Below, in pieces: positions 1 to 13,534 of a stretch of 64,000 nucleotides of DNA. Each line of letters begins with the position of its first letter. The stretch's first letter is position 1. Below the pieces are notes generated by a model that had not been told where the DNA came from, made no database searches, and was given only the letters and a program-made list of their open reading frames with translations. The translations under genes and the position numbers were made by a program. This DNA is from Chiloscyllium plagiosum (Eukaryota): assembly GCF_004010195.1 (NCBI RefSeq), contig NC_057749.1, forward strand, positions 8,573,423 through 8,637,422, given 5' to 3'.

Positions 1-469
1 TCATAGTTTGCATCTTTGGATTCAATCATGACAGTCGAACAAGGGAACTCATATTCAATGCAATGAAAGTCCATTTTCGGGCTGCATTGGTAATACATGC
101 TTTAAACAGGGTTTCGAATTGTAATGAATGTGCACACATACAAAAGGTACCTGAAATTCCCCAGATATAGTGAGGAGCGAAGGTGAGGAGTGTGAGGTGC
201 GTTACAAATGTGTAGAGGTTCTTAAAAGCTGAAATCTCAACCAAAACAAATGGCAGCTGAATTCATTGTTAAGCTTTGGACACTGTAGTGCCTGGTCTTT
301 TGACACCATTTGCATTGCCATTACAGTAGAATAACAACATTGACTGTGGGGATTTAAATTTGAAAATAAAACAGTTCTTAGCATCAATGCCCCATTGCTG
401 ATTCAATTACTGAGAGTGTGGTCTTGCTCCAGTCAATATGAGCCAAGCAAGTGGAACAAACGGAATATA

Positions 470-1000
470 AAAAACGCTGGAGACCACTGCAGGTCAGGCA
501 GCATCCATGGAGAGACAGCAAGCTAATGTTTCGAATCCAGATGTCTCTTCATCAGAGCTGATATGAAGTGTGGAGGGGGCAACATTGTGTGGGGTGGTGG
601 GTGTTGGAGGGCTGAGGGGAGAAAAGATGTTGATATTCAGATTAAGTGATTGGAATGCAAAAATGGCAGAACAATGGTGTGTCAGACTGGAAAGAACAGA
701 CAGTCCCATTGGGGTCGGTAGGGTGGGGAGGTGGGGGAACATGGTGACAGAGAATGTAAAGCAAAAAGAAGGGGAAGGAATGGTTTCACAATCTGAAGGT
801 GTTGAGTTCAATATTGAGTCCAGGAGTTTGTAAAGTGCCGAGTTTGAAGATGAGATGTTGCTCCTCCAGTTTGTGCTGTGATTCCATGGAACACTATGGC
901 ATGAGGACAGACATGTGGCATACAAGCAGGATGCTGTGTTAAAATGACCGGATACGGGAAGGTCAGGGTCATGCTTGCACATGGAATGGATATATTCTCC
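470..1000 (-). mobile_element. Penelope-like element 3' remnant (GIY-YIG end plus terminal repeat with a decayed hammerhead)
   Basis: The minus-strand translation includes PDLPVSGHFN-like PLE endonuclease sequence. The core CTGATGA-AGAGACATCTGGATTC-GAAACATT lies at about 525-555. Confidence 0.7.
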
Positions 1001-1558
1001 AATTGGAACTAACTGTCAGTTCTCAAACGATGTAGAATAACCCTCCAAGCTTCTGGACACATTACACATGGTTTCGAGGGGAAACAACAGAGAACGTAAT
1101 CTTGGAGTTAGAAATAGTAAATAGTCACTTTCAAGGTCCATGGAAAATAAAGACTTGCATTTCTAAAGTGTCTTTCATGACCCTAGGTCACCTTAAAGTA
1201 TTTTACACCCAATAAAGTACTTATGAAATTCCGTCTCTATTGTCACATAGGATGGTTCTTGTAATTGTGTGTACATAAATATTTTTAATGAATGCAATAT
1301 AGTTTTGTAATTTAAAAGTATGATTCTTGTAATATTATCCTGGTAATGGTGAGTTCAACATGCGCTTTTCCATGCATGTTGCTATCTGGAATTATGATTA
1401 GTGACAGTAGAGGCTCCAATCTTCTTTTCATTGCATTGGTTGACCTGGGGTCAGTCTTGCTATTATCTCTTGCTGTTTGGGTATGTCGACAAAGATTCGC
1501 AGGCTGACATTTTTTGTCCGGCTGCATTATGAATGCACCTTCCTTGGCAATCAAGCCA

Positions 1559-1846
1559 GGCGGTACGGTGGATCAGTGGTTCGATTCCAGCCTTGGGCGA
1601 CTGTCAGTGTAGAGTTTGCACGTACTTTGTGGGCTTCCATTGGGTGCTCTGGTTTCCTCCCACACCGAAAAAATTGGATGCTAAAATTGTCTGTAGTGTG
1701 TAAACTCGTCATGATGGATTAGTCATGGTAAATATGGGGCTATGGGGATATGGTGGAGGGCTGGGTCTGGGTTGGATACTCTTGGGAAGATCCATGCAGA
1801 CTTTATGGGCTGAATGGATTCCTTCTGCACTGTAGGGATTGTATGA
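1559..1846 (+). mobile_element. HE1/V-SINE-like tRNA-derived SINE (partly deleted)
   Basis: tRNA-like head, GAGTTTGCAC..GGTTTCCTCCCACA core and a CR1-like tail. Confidence 0.8.
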
Positions 1847-1951
1847 TCAGTCAGAGACTTGAGGATGCAGTGGTGCACAAACGGATGCAGATAAAATCGC
1901 AGAAAACAGAAGGGGAACCTTCAGCCCATTAAGGATATGCTGGTTCTGTTT

Positions 1952-2265
1952 TAGATTAGATTAGATTACTTAGTGTGGAAACAGGCCCTTCGGCCCAACA
2001 AGTCCACACCGACCCGCCGAAGCGCAACCCACCCATACCCCTACATTTACCCCTTTAACCTAACACTACGGGCAATTTAGCATGGCCAATTCACCTGACC
2101 CGCACATCTTTGGACTGTGGGAGGAAACCGGAGCACCCGGAGAAAACCCATGCAGACACGGGGAGAATGTGCAAACTCCACACAGTCAGTTGCCTGAGTC
2201 GGGAATTGAACCCGGGTCTCTGGTGCTGTGAGGCAGCAGTACTAACCACTGTGCCACCGTGCCAC
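1952..2265 (-). mobile_element. HE1/V-SINE-like SINE, near full length and young
   Basis: A box TGGCACAGTGG, B box GGTTCAATTCC, V-domain core and (AATCT)n tail. Confidence 0.9.
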
Positions 2266-2667
2266 CCACAAACCAACTCATCTCACTCTCTTACACTGTC
2301 CCATTAACCTCTTCTTCAATATTGATTGAATTCCATTCGAAAAAGGAAAGTTGTTTATGAACCTGCTTCCACTATCTTATCAGATCACAACACATTGAAC
2401 AGAAGAAAGGATTTTAACCTTGGTCACTAGACCCAAAATGTTAACTCTTTTTCTACCTCCGCAGATGCTGCCAGGCCTGCTGTGTTTCTCCTGCATGTTT
2501 TGTTTTTAGTTCAGATTTCCAGCACCTGCAGTATGCTGTTTTTTATTTGAGAGTCCATAACCGGTGGTGTTTTACAATCATAGCCCTGTACCCAGAGTTA
2601 CGAAGAGCAGGAGGATCTCTTCATTAACTCCCTACAACCTCAGCTGGAGGGAAGCCAGGCTCCAAGA

Positions 2668-2890
2668 AACAGAGTCCAAAGAGTGTGGCGCTGGAGAAGC
2701 ACAGCAGGTCAGGCAGCATCCGAGGTGCGGGAGGGTCAACGTTTTGGGCATAAGCTCTTTATCATTCTCGATGAAGGGTTTATGCCTGAAACGTCAACTC
2801 TCCCATGGATCATGCCTGACCTACTGTGCTTATCCAGCGCCACATTTTTTGACTCTGACTCCTCAACATCTGCAGTCCTCACTTTCTCCA
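2668..2890. mobile_element. Palindromic PLE terminal-repeat element (decayed)
   Basis: Inverted arms of the GCTGGAAAAGCACAGCAGGTCAGGCAGCATCC family around a degenerate hammerhead. Confidence 0.7.
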
Positions 2891-4575
2891 AGAAACATAG
2901 CGGGGGGGCCAACCAAAGGATGAAAATTAATCCAAGGTGTTAACCTCCTGTGATCGTCTTACAATTTACAGCAATTTGTTTTTTTTTTCTGATTTCCAGC
3001 ATCTGCAGTGCTTCGTTTCTTTTTTACTGTTAATTATTCTGCTAATTACCTGAAGTCTATGATCCCCGGTTACAAATCGTCCTGCCAGTGGTAACACTTT
3101 CTCACATCCACTCTATTGGTATCCCTCCTCATTTTGAATATCTGCCTTCCATCGCTCCTTCACCTTCTTTGCTCTGAAGAGTGTTATGGTCCTGAACCTG
3201 ACAACAAAATTTATCTTATGATCTGGCTAGGTTCCAGTTTTATTTTTAAAGTAGATATTGTTTGAGATCCTATGTCCTTACTTAGAGAATGAAGCTACAA
3301 TATTTCAAAGTTTTGAGCAAACAAAGAGCAGATTTTATCAGACAAAGTTACAACTGTTATGCAACTCACAGGACATGGATACAACTTATATTCTAACATT
3401 CAGAATTAACAAGAGGCAAATGTGAGGTAACTGTGTTGGAACATTCTACAGAATGCATCAGAAAGCAAGCGTTCTCAAGACAGATCGCATAAAGATGTTT
3501 ATAAATCTGTTCTGAAGAAGGGGCACTGGACTCAAAATATTGGCTTTCACTCCATAGATGCTACCATACCTGCTGAGTTTCTCCAATTTCTGTTTTTGTT
3601 GGACGAATGTGGTAAGTCTTACTTGAGTTTCTTAATGAAATAAAAGTCATTATTATAGAAAAAACTGATCCTGTTTCAACACTGAATGGTAACTTCACTC
3701 AAAAGGACCAGGTGAAACCAGGTGAAGGAAATGGAAAATGACCAATCAAGAGATGAGAAGACCTTATATATATATAATGCTCCCGATGATTTACGATCGC
3801 TGTCCTTGTCAGAAACTGGTCTGTTCACTTTTTTTTATTCATTCAAAGGATGAGGGCTTTGCTGACTCTGTCAGCATTTATTGTCCATCCATAATTGCCC
3901 AGAGGGCAGTCAAGAGTCAACTACATTACTGTGGGTTTGGAGTCACGCGTAGGCCAGACCAGGTAAGGATGGCAGTTTCCTTCCCTAAAGGACATTAGTG
4001 AACTATTGCTGTCTTACTTGACCGTCCGGCATTGTCCCTCTGTTCTCTCAAGATCGTTTCAGGGAAAAAGTCTCCTGATGAACAAATCTCAAGGCATGGG
4101 AATGAAAAAAAATGTTCAGAATAAAAAAATTTATGGAGGAGCTGGATAAACACATGAGGGAGGAGGGCGGAAATGACTCAAAGTTTACACTGTAATGGTC
4201 AGGTGAAGGAGGCTCAAACAGCTCACAAACACGGACATAAACCAGTTGGACTAAATTGCCATGCTATTGATAATAAACCGACCGACTCCCACAGCTACCT
4301 GGACTACACCTCCTCCCATCCTGCCGCCTGTAAAAACGCCATCCCATTCTCCCAATTCCTTCGACTCCGCCGCATCTGCTCCCAGGAGGACCAGTTCCAA
4401 AAACGCACAACCCAGATGGCCTCCTTCTTCAAGGACCGCAATTTCCCCCCCGACGTGGTCGACGATGCCCTCCACCGCATCTCTTCCACTTCCCGCTCCT
4501 CCGCCCTTGAGCCCCGCCCCTCCAACCGCCACCAGGACAGAACCCCACTGGTCCTCACCTAACACCCCACCAATC

Positions 4576-4995
4576 NNNNNNNNNNNNNNNNNNNNNNNNN
4601 NNNNNNNNNNNNNNNNNNNNNNNNNNNNNNNNNNNNNNNNNNNNNNNNNNNNNNNNNNNNNNNNNNNNNNNNNNNNNNNNNNNNNNNNNNNNNNNNNNNN
4701 NNNNNNNNNNNNNNNNNNNNNNNNNNNNNNNNNNNNNNNNNNNNNNNNNNNNNNNNNNNNNNNNNNNNNNNNNNNNNNNNNNNNNNNNNNNNNNNNNNNN
4801 NNNNNNNNNNNNNNNNNNNNNNNNNNNNNNNNNNNNNNNNNNNNNNNNNNNNNNNNNNNNNNNNNNNNNNNNNNNNNNNNNNNNNNNNNNNNNNNNNNNN
4901 NNNNNNNNNNNNNNNNNNNNNNNNNNNNNNNNNNNNNNNNNNNNNNNNNNNNNNNNNNNNNNNNNNNNNNNNNNNNNNNNNNNNNNNNNNNNNNN
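4576..4995. other. Assembly gap (N run); a second short gap lies at 25862-25874
   Basis: Ns in the sequence. Confidence 0.99.
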
Positions 4996-5148
4996 TGCAA
5001 TCTTCTTCCCGCCCTCTCCGCCCCCACCCCAGTCTGACCTTTCACCCTCACCTTGACCTCTTTCCACCTATCACATTTCCGACGCCCCTCCCCCAAGTCC
5101 TTCCTCCCTACCTTTTATCTTAGCCTGCTGGACAAACTTTCCCCATTC

Positions 5149-5176
5149 CTGAAGAAGGGCTTATGCCCGAAACGTC
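5149..5176 (+). ncRNA. Minimal hammerhead ribozyme core in a PLE terminal repeat
   Basis: CTGAAGA-A-GGGC-TTAT-GCCC-GAAA-CGTC: CUGANGA and GAAA boxes, a 4-bp stem II, palindromic ACGT and a GUC cleavage triplet. Confidence 0.8.
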
Positions 5177-5799
5177 GATTCTCCTGTTCCCTGGATGCTG
5201 CCTGACCTGCTGCGCTTTTCCAGCAACACATTTCCAGCTCTGATCTCCAGCATCTGCAGACCTCACTTTCTCCTCCATGCTATTGATAATATCCAATTAT
5301 GAAAATGGAGCCAAGTAATCACTAATCACACTGTTCATCTTGTGTAAATGGCTGGAATCACTCTTTGTTTTTAAGATTATCCAAAACCCTCGATTGGATA
5401 ATATTCTTGTAACTCATCAATATCCATTTGCAGAATAATTATGTTAAATGAAGAAAAATCACTCCAAGATGCCAAACCTGTGCAGCACATAAATAATCTT
5501 CACTCGACAAGGCATGTCATTTATTTTCATTATACTCATCGAAAGGGTATTGTAAAAAGAGGAAGAATATTTTTGTGGTGTTTAACGTGGTGTAGTAGCA
5601 GAATTGACAATTATTTCCTACCCTATCCTTAATGGGCTCGGCAGTATAACAAAGTTATAACATATCTCCATCAATGCTGTCATCATCAAAGTTCACTCTC
5701 TCGTTGGGGAGAAAACCGTGGAAAGTGTAACCTGAGGATCACTATATGTCAGGTGAGATTGAGGACTGTCATGGTGATCTCAGCCAGTATAAAGTTATG

Positions 5800-6022
5800 T
5801 TGGAGATCAGAGTCGAGAGTGTGGTGCTGGAAAAGCACAGCCAGTCAGGCAGCATCCGAGGAGCAGGAGAATCAATGTTTTAGGCATAAGCCCAAAGCTC
5901 AGGAATGAGGCTGGTTCCTGATTCCTCATTCCTGATGAAGGGGTTTTGCCCGAAATGTTGATTCTCCTGCTCCTCGGATGCTGCCTGACCTGCTGTGCTT
6001 TTCCAGTACCACACTCTCGACC
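5800..6022. mobile_element. Palindromic PLE terminal-repeat element inserted in a tRNA-derived SINE
   Basis: Inverted arms, with CTGATGAAGGGGTTTTGCCCGAAATGTT at 5932-5959. Confidence 0.75.
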
Positions 6023-6850
6023 CTAACCTCAGTCAGTGTGGGATTGAAGCCTGTTGGTGGCATGAACTCAAGATCACAAACCAGCATTCTGCCAACTGAG
6101 CTAACCCACTCAATGTACAAACAAGCACTGATCCATTTTCTCTCACCATTTGATGGGTCCCTGGCTTATTTTGTGTAGATATCAGACCCTGTAATACATA
6201 AGTACCAGGAGAAGGAATTGCCCATCTTGGGCCCTTAAGTCATTTGATAAAAGCTGGAAGATTTGATTGTGACCTTAAATCTACACAGAAGGGGGTGAAG
6301 GGTGGGCCATTAAATATTTTTAAGGCAGAGATAGATGGAGTTCTATTTGGCAAGGGAATTAATAGTTATTCGGGGTAGATGAGAATGTGGAATTTGAAAC
6401 ACAAACAGGCCAGCCATGATCCTATTGAATAGCAGAACAGGCTTGAGGGACAAAATGTTTGATTTCTGTTCCTATTTTCTATGATTGTAGTTCTCCGTGG
6501 TGTCCATGTGAACATTTAATCCCCTCAATCCCATGCCAATCGGTAAAGTGGGAAATCAGGTACTAAATACTTTTCTTGATAATAGGTTTATTCATAGAAA
6601 GCAGCATTACATGGCTCTGCTCGCTTCCTACCAACCTAGTGTCCCAGCATTCTCTCCTTCTGTTATTAGAAGCAGAGTTTCAGCCACCCACTGTAGGCCT
6701 TTTTTCACTATCCTCCTCCACCCCTATTCACTCCCTCCCAGAAACTCCCAAGGAGATCAGTGGCATCCTCACCAATGTCAAACCAATTTCCAGGTTTCGA
6801 TTGGTTATGTTTTTTCCCCCTCTTAATCAACCTGTTCAGAGATGTTATTA

Positions 6851-7052
6851 CAGTTAGTTATTCTATAACGCAATGGTTGTGTTCTTGTGCAACCCCATGT
6901 TATAGAAAAATCCTAAACTGTCGACGATGTAATCACATTACACCCAACACACGTTTTAAAAGTTCGCGCTCCAGAAACAGATTTCCCCAATTTGTCAATC
7001 ACATGACAGCGAATTTGCATTAACGAAACTTACACCATAGCAGAACGGCCTG
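6851..7052. mobile_element. Tc1/mariner-Tigger-type MITE (decayed) splitting a tRNA-derived SINE
   Basis: TA-CAG...CTG-TA ends. Homologous along its length to 49390-49571. Confidence 0.65.
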
Positions 7053-7723
7053 TACACACCTCTGGAGCAGATAGGACTTGAACCCAGACATGAACACTCC
7101 CAAATGACATTCTATGGAGAGATAACTGCATATTTCAAAGGTGTAAATTGACCAAGATTTCTTTGATTATAGCCTTCCCCACCCCCATAACAATCCTACT
7201 CCCCCCACCACCACCCCCACAGCCCCTGCCCCCACAAATAAAAATATAATTCTGTCTTACCAATAGTTCAGAGATGGATGAGAGGTTGCAGCTGACTCAG
7301 AGGTAAGGACACTACCATTGCACCAGAAGATCCCTCTAGCAACATTGCCTTCTGGGGTGGAAAGTAATCTTGTGTACAATGATATTGCGTTTATAAATGA
7401 ATTGGAGAACAGGATGCTTTTTACAGTTCATGTTTCTGCATTGTACATCTCCAAGACTGTATGACGTACTTGCGTGTAACGATCTCTCTCACACTGCAGT
7501 GCAGTCATCTCCCAGTGTTGGTTAAAGTGAGCTGTGATTACAAACTGCTCCTATTACAAGAATGTTTTGCAGTCTTTCAGTACAGCCAGCTCCGTTCGAA
7601 CCTGCACAGATGAGTGTCAGGATCACTTGCTTAAACTTGACCATGGATCCACAATGGGTTCCTGGTCAACACCCAAAAGGGAGCATCCGCTTGGCCAGGC
7701 AAGTAATCCGGAGGGACCCAGAT

Positions 7724-8070
7724 GGGGACAGCACAGTGGGTCACTGGTTAGCACTTCTGCCCCACAGCGTCTGTGTTCAATTCCAGACATGGGTGACTGT
7801 GTGGACTTTGCATATTCTGCCCGTGTCTGCGTGGGTTTCCTCTGGGTGCTCCGGTTTCCTCCCACAGTCCAAAGATGTGCAGGCTCGCGTGGATTAGCCA
7901 CACTAAACAAAAATCTCTGTGGTGTCCAGGGATGCGCAGATCAGGGTTAGGGTTTGCCATGGTAAAAGCCCCATGTGGGGTTATGGCAATGGGGTGGGAT
8001 GTTCTTTGGAGGTTCGGTGCAGACTCAATGGGCCAAATGGCCTCTTTCTGCACTGTAGGGATTCAATGGT
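7724..8070 (+). mobile_element. HE1/V-SINE-like SINE
   Basis: Same core as 1952-2265. Confidence 0.85.
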
Positions 8071-8439
8071 TCTAGTGGCAATGATGCCTCATTTCTCCCC
8101 TCCTGGGACTGAGCTTGTGGAGAGAAAGGGAGGAATAAAGATTTGACAGTAAGGCTCAGATCAGTGAGCTGCTCACGACAGCCTGAACATCAGCTCAAAA
8201 GAACCAAAAGTAATTTAAAATGCAGTCTATCAACAGAATGGTGGTGGTTTATTCCTTTTAAAGCTACTCTTGTGAAATGTTATTTCCTTAAAATGCTTCC
8301 ATGGTCACTGAGGAAGAAGCAGAGCAGATCAGCACATAGTAGGCATATATCCTTCACTCCAAGAGCAATAAGCAGCCTGGTACATGTGGGCAGGACAAGC
8401 TGCTATCATTCTCTGTTATTGGTAATTCAAGTGAACTTC

Positions 8440-9105
8440 AGTAGGCTCAGGGTAATACTATTTGCTTTTGGCATTTTCGAGTCTACTCTGCCATTCAAAG
8501 TTCATGGCATATCCTTTCGTGGGCTCAGCTCCACTTACCCACCCTCTCACCATAACCCTTAACTCCTTTACTGTTCAAGAAAGGTCTACCTTAGCTTTAA
8601 AAATGTTTACTGAAGTAGCATCAACTATTTCACTGGGCAAGGAATTCCATAGATTTACAACCCTCCGGGTGAAGAAATTCCTTTTCAATTCAGTCCTAAA
8701 TCTGCTGTCTCTAATTTTGAGGCTATGCCCTCTTGTCCTAGTTTCACATACCAGCGGAAACATCCACTCTATTTCTATCTTACCTATTTCCTTCATAATT
8801 GTATATGTTTCTATTAGATCCCCCGCAAATTCTTCTGAACTCAGTCTCTCCTCATAAGTCAATCCCCTCAACTCTGGAATCAACCTAGTGAACTTCCTCT
8901 GTATCCGCTCCAACACCAGTACATCTTTTCTAAAGTAAGGATACCAAAACTGTACGCAATACTCCATGCGTGGCCTCACCAGCATCCTATACAGCTGCAA
9001 CATAACCTCCCTGCTTTTAAACTCAATCCCTTTAGCAATGAAGGATAAAACTCCATTTGCCTTCCTAATTACTTGTTGTACTTGCAAACGAACCCTCTGT
9101 GATTC
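8440..9105 (-). mobile_element. CR1 LINE 3' fragment
   Basis: ORF 8575-9087: LVRPRMEYCVQFW..GDLIETY..RTRGHSLK..FFTRRVVNLWNSLP. Confidence 0.9.
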
Positions 9106-10149
9106 AAGATGTTATGACACACCACTGGAGCAGGTGCGACTGGAACTTGGGTCTCTTGGCTCAGAGGTAAGGGCACTACCAAAGCACTGTTATTCGCTCT
9201 ATGCCCCGTGGACAAATAGACTTTGGATGTCACTGGTTATGAAGAGCCTCTGCAGGGTAGCCTTACCTCTGTCCAAACTGACTGCGAAGATTATGTGAGC
9301 AAATTTCAGTGTCCCTCTGTGAATCCCCTACAAGGTATTCATTGTATCTTCATTCAGATTTATTTGAGTTTTCAGATAATGGAAACATTGTACCTCCCAA
9401 GTCACATTCTGTGGAGGGCTAACTGCATATTTCAAAAGTATGAAGTGATCACAATTTCTTTAATTCCAAACTCCCCCCAAGCACTAGCAATCCTACCAAC
9501 CCCCAACATAAGATATAATTCTGTTTTATCAATATCCCAGACTCTGACAGAAGGTTGCAGCCAACATTAATGTGGATTGGGAACAGTGGAATGCTTTTTT
9601 AAGCAGTTTACTTTTAAATATTTTCCTTCGTGCTGCTGAGAAATGTTTTAATAGTGGTGGATTGTCATGCCTTCCATCATTCCCCAGCTAGGCATAACTG
9701 GGTATTATTGTCTTCCTTATCTCCTGACTTCCAGGAGAAGCTGAGAGGTTTACATTACCTCTGGACTAAGCTTATCTAAACATTCCATCACTTATTATCA
9801 CTTTGCAATTCCCTCTTCAATTTTATACAAGCCATGATATAAACACTGTAGAAACTCACAAAAAAATCAATTCTACATTAGTATGACCAACCTCCATATC
9901 GAGAAATGATGACTCATAAAGCTGCTTTTAGGCTTAAACATGTTTAGCATTTCTGATTCCATATACACGAAGGCTCAAACAATTCAAAAACGAGGATCTG
10001 TCATGCTGAGGATGGCTATTTATTGCAATATTCATTCCCTCCTTACTGAGGTTTTTAAGCTTCATACAACCTCCAATAAAATGGGAAACTACAGGAAACT
10101 GCACTAAAATGGAAACTACTTCCATAATTGAAATCATGGAAGAAGGGGG

Positions 10150-10540
10150 AGGTAATGGCCTCATCATATTATTGCTGCACTGTTTCCAGCAAAATTGACA
10201 TATCCGCAAGCACCCTTCATCAGGAATGATAGGCTCTATTAATCCAGAGACCCAGGTAATGTTCTGGGGACCTGGGTTCAAATCCCATCATGGCAGATGG
10301 TGGAATTTGAATCTGATTTTAAAAGAAAACCTGGAACTATATGAATCTAATGATGACCATGCCAATTGTTGGAAAAGCCCAGCTGGTTCACTAAAGTCCT
10401 TTAGGGAAGGAAGCTGCCATCCTTACCCAGTCTGGCCTACATGTGACTCCAGACCAATGTGGTTGACTCTTACCTGCCCTCTGGGTAATAAATACTGGCC
10501 TGGCAGGTGACATCCATGTCTCATGAATGAATAAAAAAAA
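10150..10540 (+). mobile_element. Second tRNA-derived SINE family sharing the LINE tail (other copies at about 3825-4000, 16790-17115, 35665-36450, 51180-51420, 56345-56920)
   Basis: GGGTTCAAATCCC B box, GGCAGATGGTGGAATTTGAAT core and ATGAATGAATAAAAAA end. Confidence 0.75.
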
Positions 10541-11429
10541 CCTTTGTATCTTCCACACCTCATGGTTGTTTCTTGATTGAGGACAACTTCCATTCTTCAC
10601 TGAGTTTTTAAATTTGAAAAAAATCTCATCCTATGTTTCCAAATTCCTAGTTGACCTCAAGTTCCATTTCTTAGAGAGTTCCTCCACGCCAACATCAGTC
10701 CTCAGCTCACTGCCAGGATGGAACTTATTGCCCAATACATTTTGCTACTTTTTAACCATTCTCCAGAATTTAATCTCTCCATCACTGGCATTCTGTGACT
10801 CTGGAATTCTCTCTCTACACCTGTGAAAACTCTTCTTAAAAATTTACCTCTGTAACCAAACGTTTGGACTAACAATTCTTTATGTGGTTCTCCATCAAGG
10901 TGTGTTGCACACATCTGTGTATCGGAAGAGGTTTTTTTTTGTTCTTCCACATGATGTGAGTGTTACTAGCTGGGTCAGTATTTGTTGCCCATTCCCTCAT
11001 TGCCCTGGAGAAAATAGAGCCGAGTAGCTTTCTTTAACTTCCGCAGTCCACCCGGTGTAGGACTGTTATGAGGGAAGCTCAGGACTTTGGTCCTGAGGCG
11101 GTGAAGATATAGCTGATATGGTTCCAAGTCAGGACGGTGTGTGACTTGGAAGGAATTTGAAGTTGGCAATGCCTCTATGTCCCTCTAAATGGTAGAGGTG
11201 ACAGGTTTGGAGGGTGCTGTCAGAGGAGTTTTAATGAGTTGCTGCAATGCATCTTCTAGATGGTCGGAGGTGGAAGAAGTGAATCATTAGGTGGCACTTG
11301 GAGGGGTCACATCAATAATGAAAGGTTTCATTGAATTAACAAATAGCAATTATTTTCAGCTGGTAAATTTACATCTGACATGCAAATTGTATTTTAGTAC
11401 TAGCATCAGCACTCACAATTTTATCATAC

Positions 11430-11860
11430 GCTGTATGTCCGTATATAAAGTGGCACAAAAATAGGTGGTAAGGCAAGTGGTGACGATGGTACAAAGAATC
11501 TGCAAGAGACTATAAACAGATTAAATGAGTGGGCAAAAACGTGGCAGATGGAAACAAGATTGGGAAAATGTAATGGTTCTGCACTTTGGCAGGAGCTGAA
11601 TATTACTTAAATGGGGGAAGTCAGCAGAAAGCTACATCTCAGAAGGATTTGGGAGACCTCATCCATGAATCAGAAAAGGCCAGCATACAAGTTCAGCTGC
11701 TCACTTGGCCTTTATTTCAAAAGGTATCTCGTACAGTAGGGAGGTTCTGCTAAACCTATACAAGGCACTATTCAGACCACAGCTGGGATAGTGAACAGTT
11801 TTGCTCCCCTAAGATAATATTTCATTGAAGGTGTTCAGAGAGGTTCACTAGGTTGATTCC
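11430..11860 (+). mobile_element. CR1 LINE fragment (old)
   Basis: Degenerate TKIGG..EWAKTWQM and RPQL segments. Confidence 0.65.
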
Positions 11861-11973
11861 TAATGAAGGGCTTTTGCCCAAAACGTCGATTTTCCTGCTC
11901 CTCGGATGCTGCGCTTTTTCCAGCGCCACTCTAATCTAGACTTACTAGGCTAATACCTATCTTGCTAACAGGC

Positions 11974-12295
11974 AATGGCATGGTGGCTCAGTGGTTAGCA
12001 CCTCTGCCTCAGCACCAGGGACCTATGTTTGAAACCTGCCTCAGGCGACTATCTGTGTGGAGTTTGCACATTCCCCCTGCATCTGCATGGGTTTCTTCCG
12101 GGTGCTCTGGTTTCCTCCCACAGTCCAAAGATATGCAGGCTAGGTGAATTGACTGTGCTAATGTACCCATAGTGTTAGGTGCATTAGTCAGGGGTAAATG
12201 TAAGAGGGTGGGTTGCTCTTCAGAGGTTCAGTGTGGACTTGATGGGCCAAATGGACTGTTTCCATACTGTAGAGAATCTAATCTAAATCTAATCT
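11974..12295 (+). mobile_element. HE1/V-SINE-like SINE
   Basis: Same core and (AATCT)n tail. Confidence 0.85.
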
Positions 12296-12762
12296 TACAA
12301 GGAACTGTCTTATAAGGAGATATTAAATAGGCTGAGTCTATACTCATTGGAGTTTCAGGAGGAAAGCCTTCTCTCTGAGGTTGCGACTTTGTAGAAGGCA
12401 TTGCTGCCAAGAAGTTAGGTCATTAAATGGATTCAAGGCTGACAGCAACTTTTAATCAGTAAGGGAATCAATACTAATGGGGAAAAGACAGGGGACTGGG
12501 GATTCCCGAGGAACGATGATTTCATGAATTGTGGAGCAGACTCAATGGGCTGAAAGGCCGACATCCTACATCTTAAGAACTGTCACCAATGATGCAAGGA
12601 TGCCATTACATCATGACAAATTAACGTGGGCCATTTTCAGTGAGAATGGGGAAGGCTTCATGCTGAACATGAACACTGGCATTGACCAGCTGGACAAATG
12701 GCCAATTTCAACACTATAAATACTCAGCAATTCTATGTAACTGGTTATGATAAAATGCCTAC

Positions 12763-13343
12763 AGTATAGAAACAGTCCACACCGAGCCTCCGAAGAGTAT
12801 CCCAACCAGAGCCATCCCCCTACCCTATTACTCTACATTTACCCCTGACTAATGCACCTAACTGTAGTATAGGCCTACAGTATGGTTAGCACTGCTGCCT
12901 CACAGCGCCAGAGACCCGGTTCAATTCCCGCCTCAGGCGACTGACTGTGTGGAGTTTGCACGTTCTCCCCGTGTCTGCGTGGGTTTCCTCCGGGTGTTCT
13001 GGTTTCATCCCACAGTCCAGAGATGTGCAGGTTAGGTGAATTGGCCATACTAAATTGCCCGTAGTGTTAGGTAAGTGGTAAATGTAGGGGTATGGGTGGA
13101 TTACGCTTCAGCAGGTTGGAGTGGACTTGTTGGGCTGAAGGGCCTGTTTCCACACTGTAATGTAATGTAATCTAACCTTCACATCCCTGAACACTATGGG
13201 CAATTTCCCATGGTCAATTCACCTGACCTGCACATCTTTGGACTGTGGGAGGAAACCAGAGCACCCAGAGTAAATCTGTTGCCCGAACTGGGTCCCTGGC
13301 GCTGTGAGACAGCAGTGCTAACCACTGAGCGACCATGCCACCC
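12763..13343. mobile_element. Nested HE1-like SINEs (outer on minus, inner on plus at about 12882-13174)
   Basis: A plus-strand copy interrupts a minus-strand copy, forming an inverted pair. Confidence 0.85.
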
Positions 13344-13534
13344 CATATATATATATATATAATCATTATAATTGTAGACTATACATTATTTAATTCAATC
13401 TGTAAAAAAGTAAACTCGATATAATCCAACAACCTACTTACTGCTAATTAATGAAACCCAACATTCATTTGTCACGTGAAATATTCTCCAAACTTAATGC
13501 TTCAAAAAGCTTTAATCAATTACTCTCAACACTT

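Larger units (their letters stand above)
4276..5274 (+). mobile_element. Young 5'-truncated Penelope-like retroelement spanning an assembly gap
   Basis: 17-bp TSD CCATGCTATTGATAATA at 4259-4275 and 5275-5291. The ORF piece KPTDSHSYLDYTSSHP..AIPFSQFLRLRRICS is typical of the PLE RT thumb region. CpGs are intact, and the terminal repeat carries a hammerhead. Confidence 0.9.

Noticed and set aside
1952..2265. Functional tRNA genes in SINE heads and in the 21376-22364 array
   Set aside because: The tRNA-like parts run on into SINE bodies, and I could not identify a complete cloverleaf with a terminator.
4251..5096. Long ORFs crossing 4576-4995
   Set aside because: Artefacts of the N gap.
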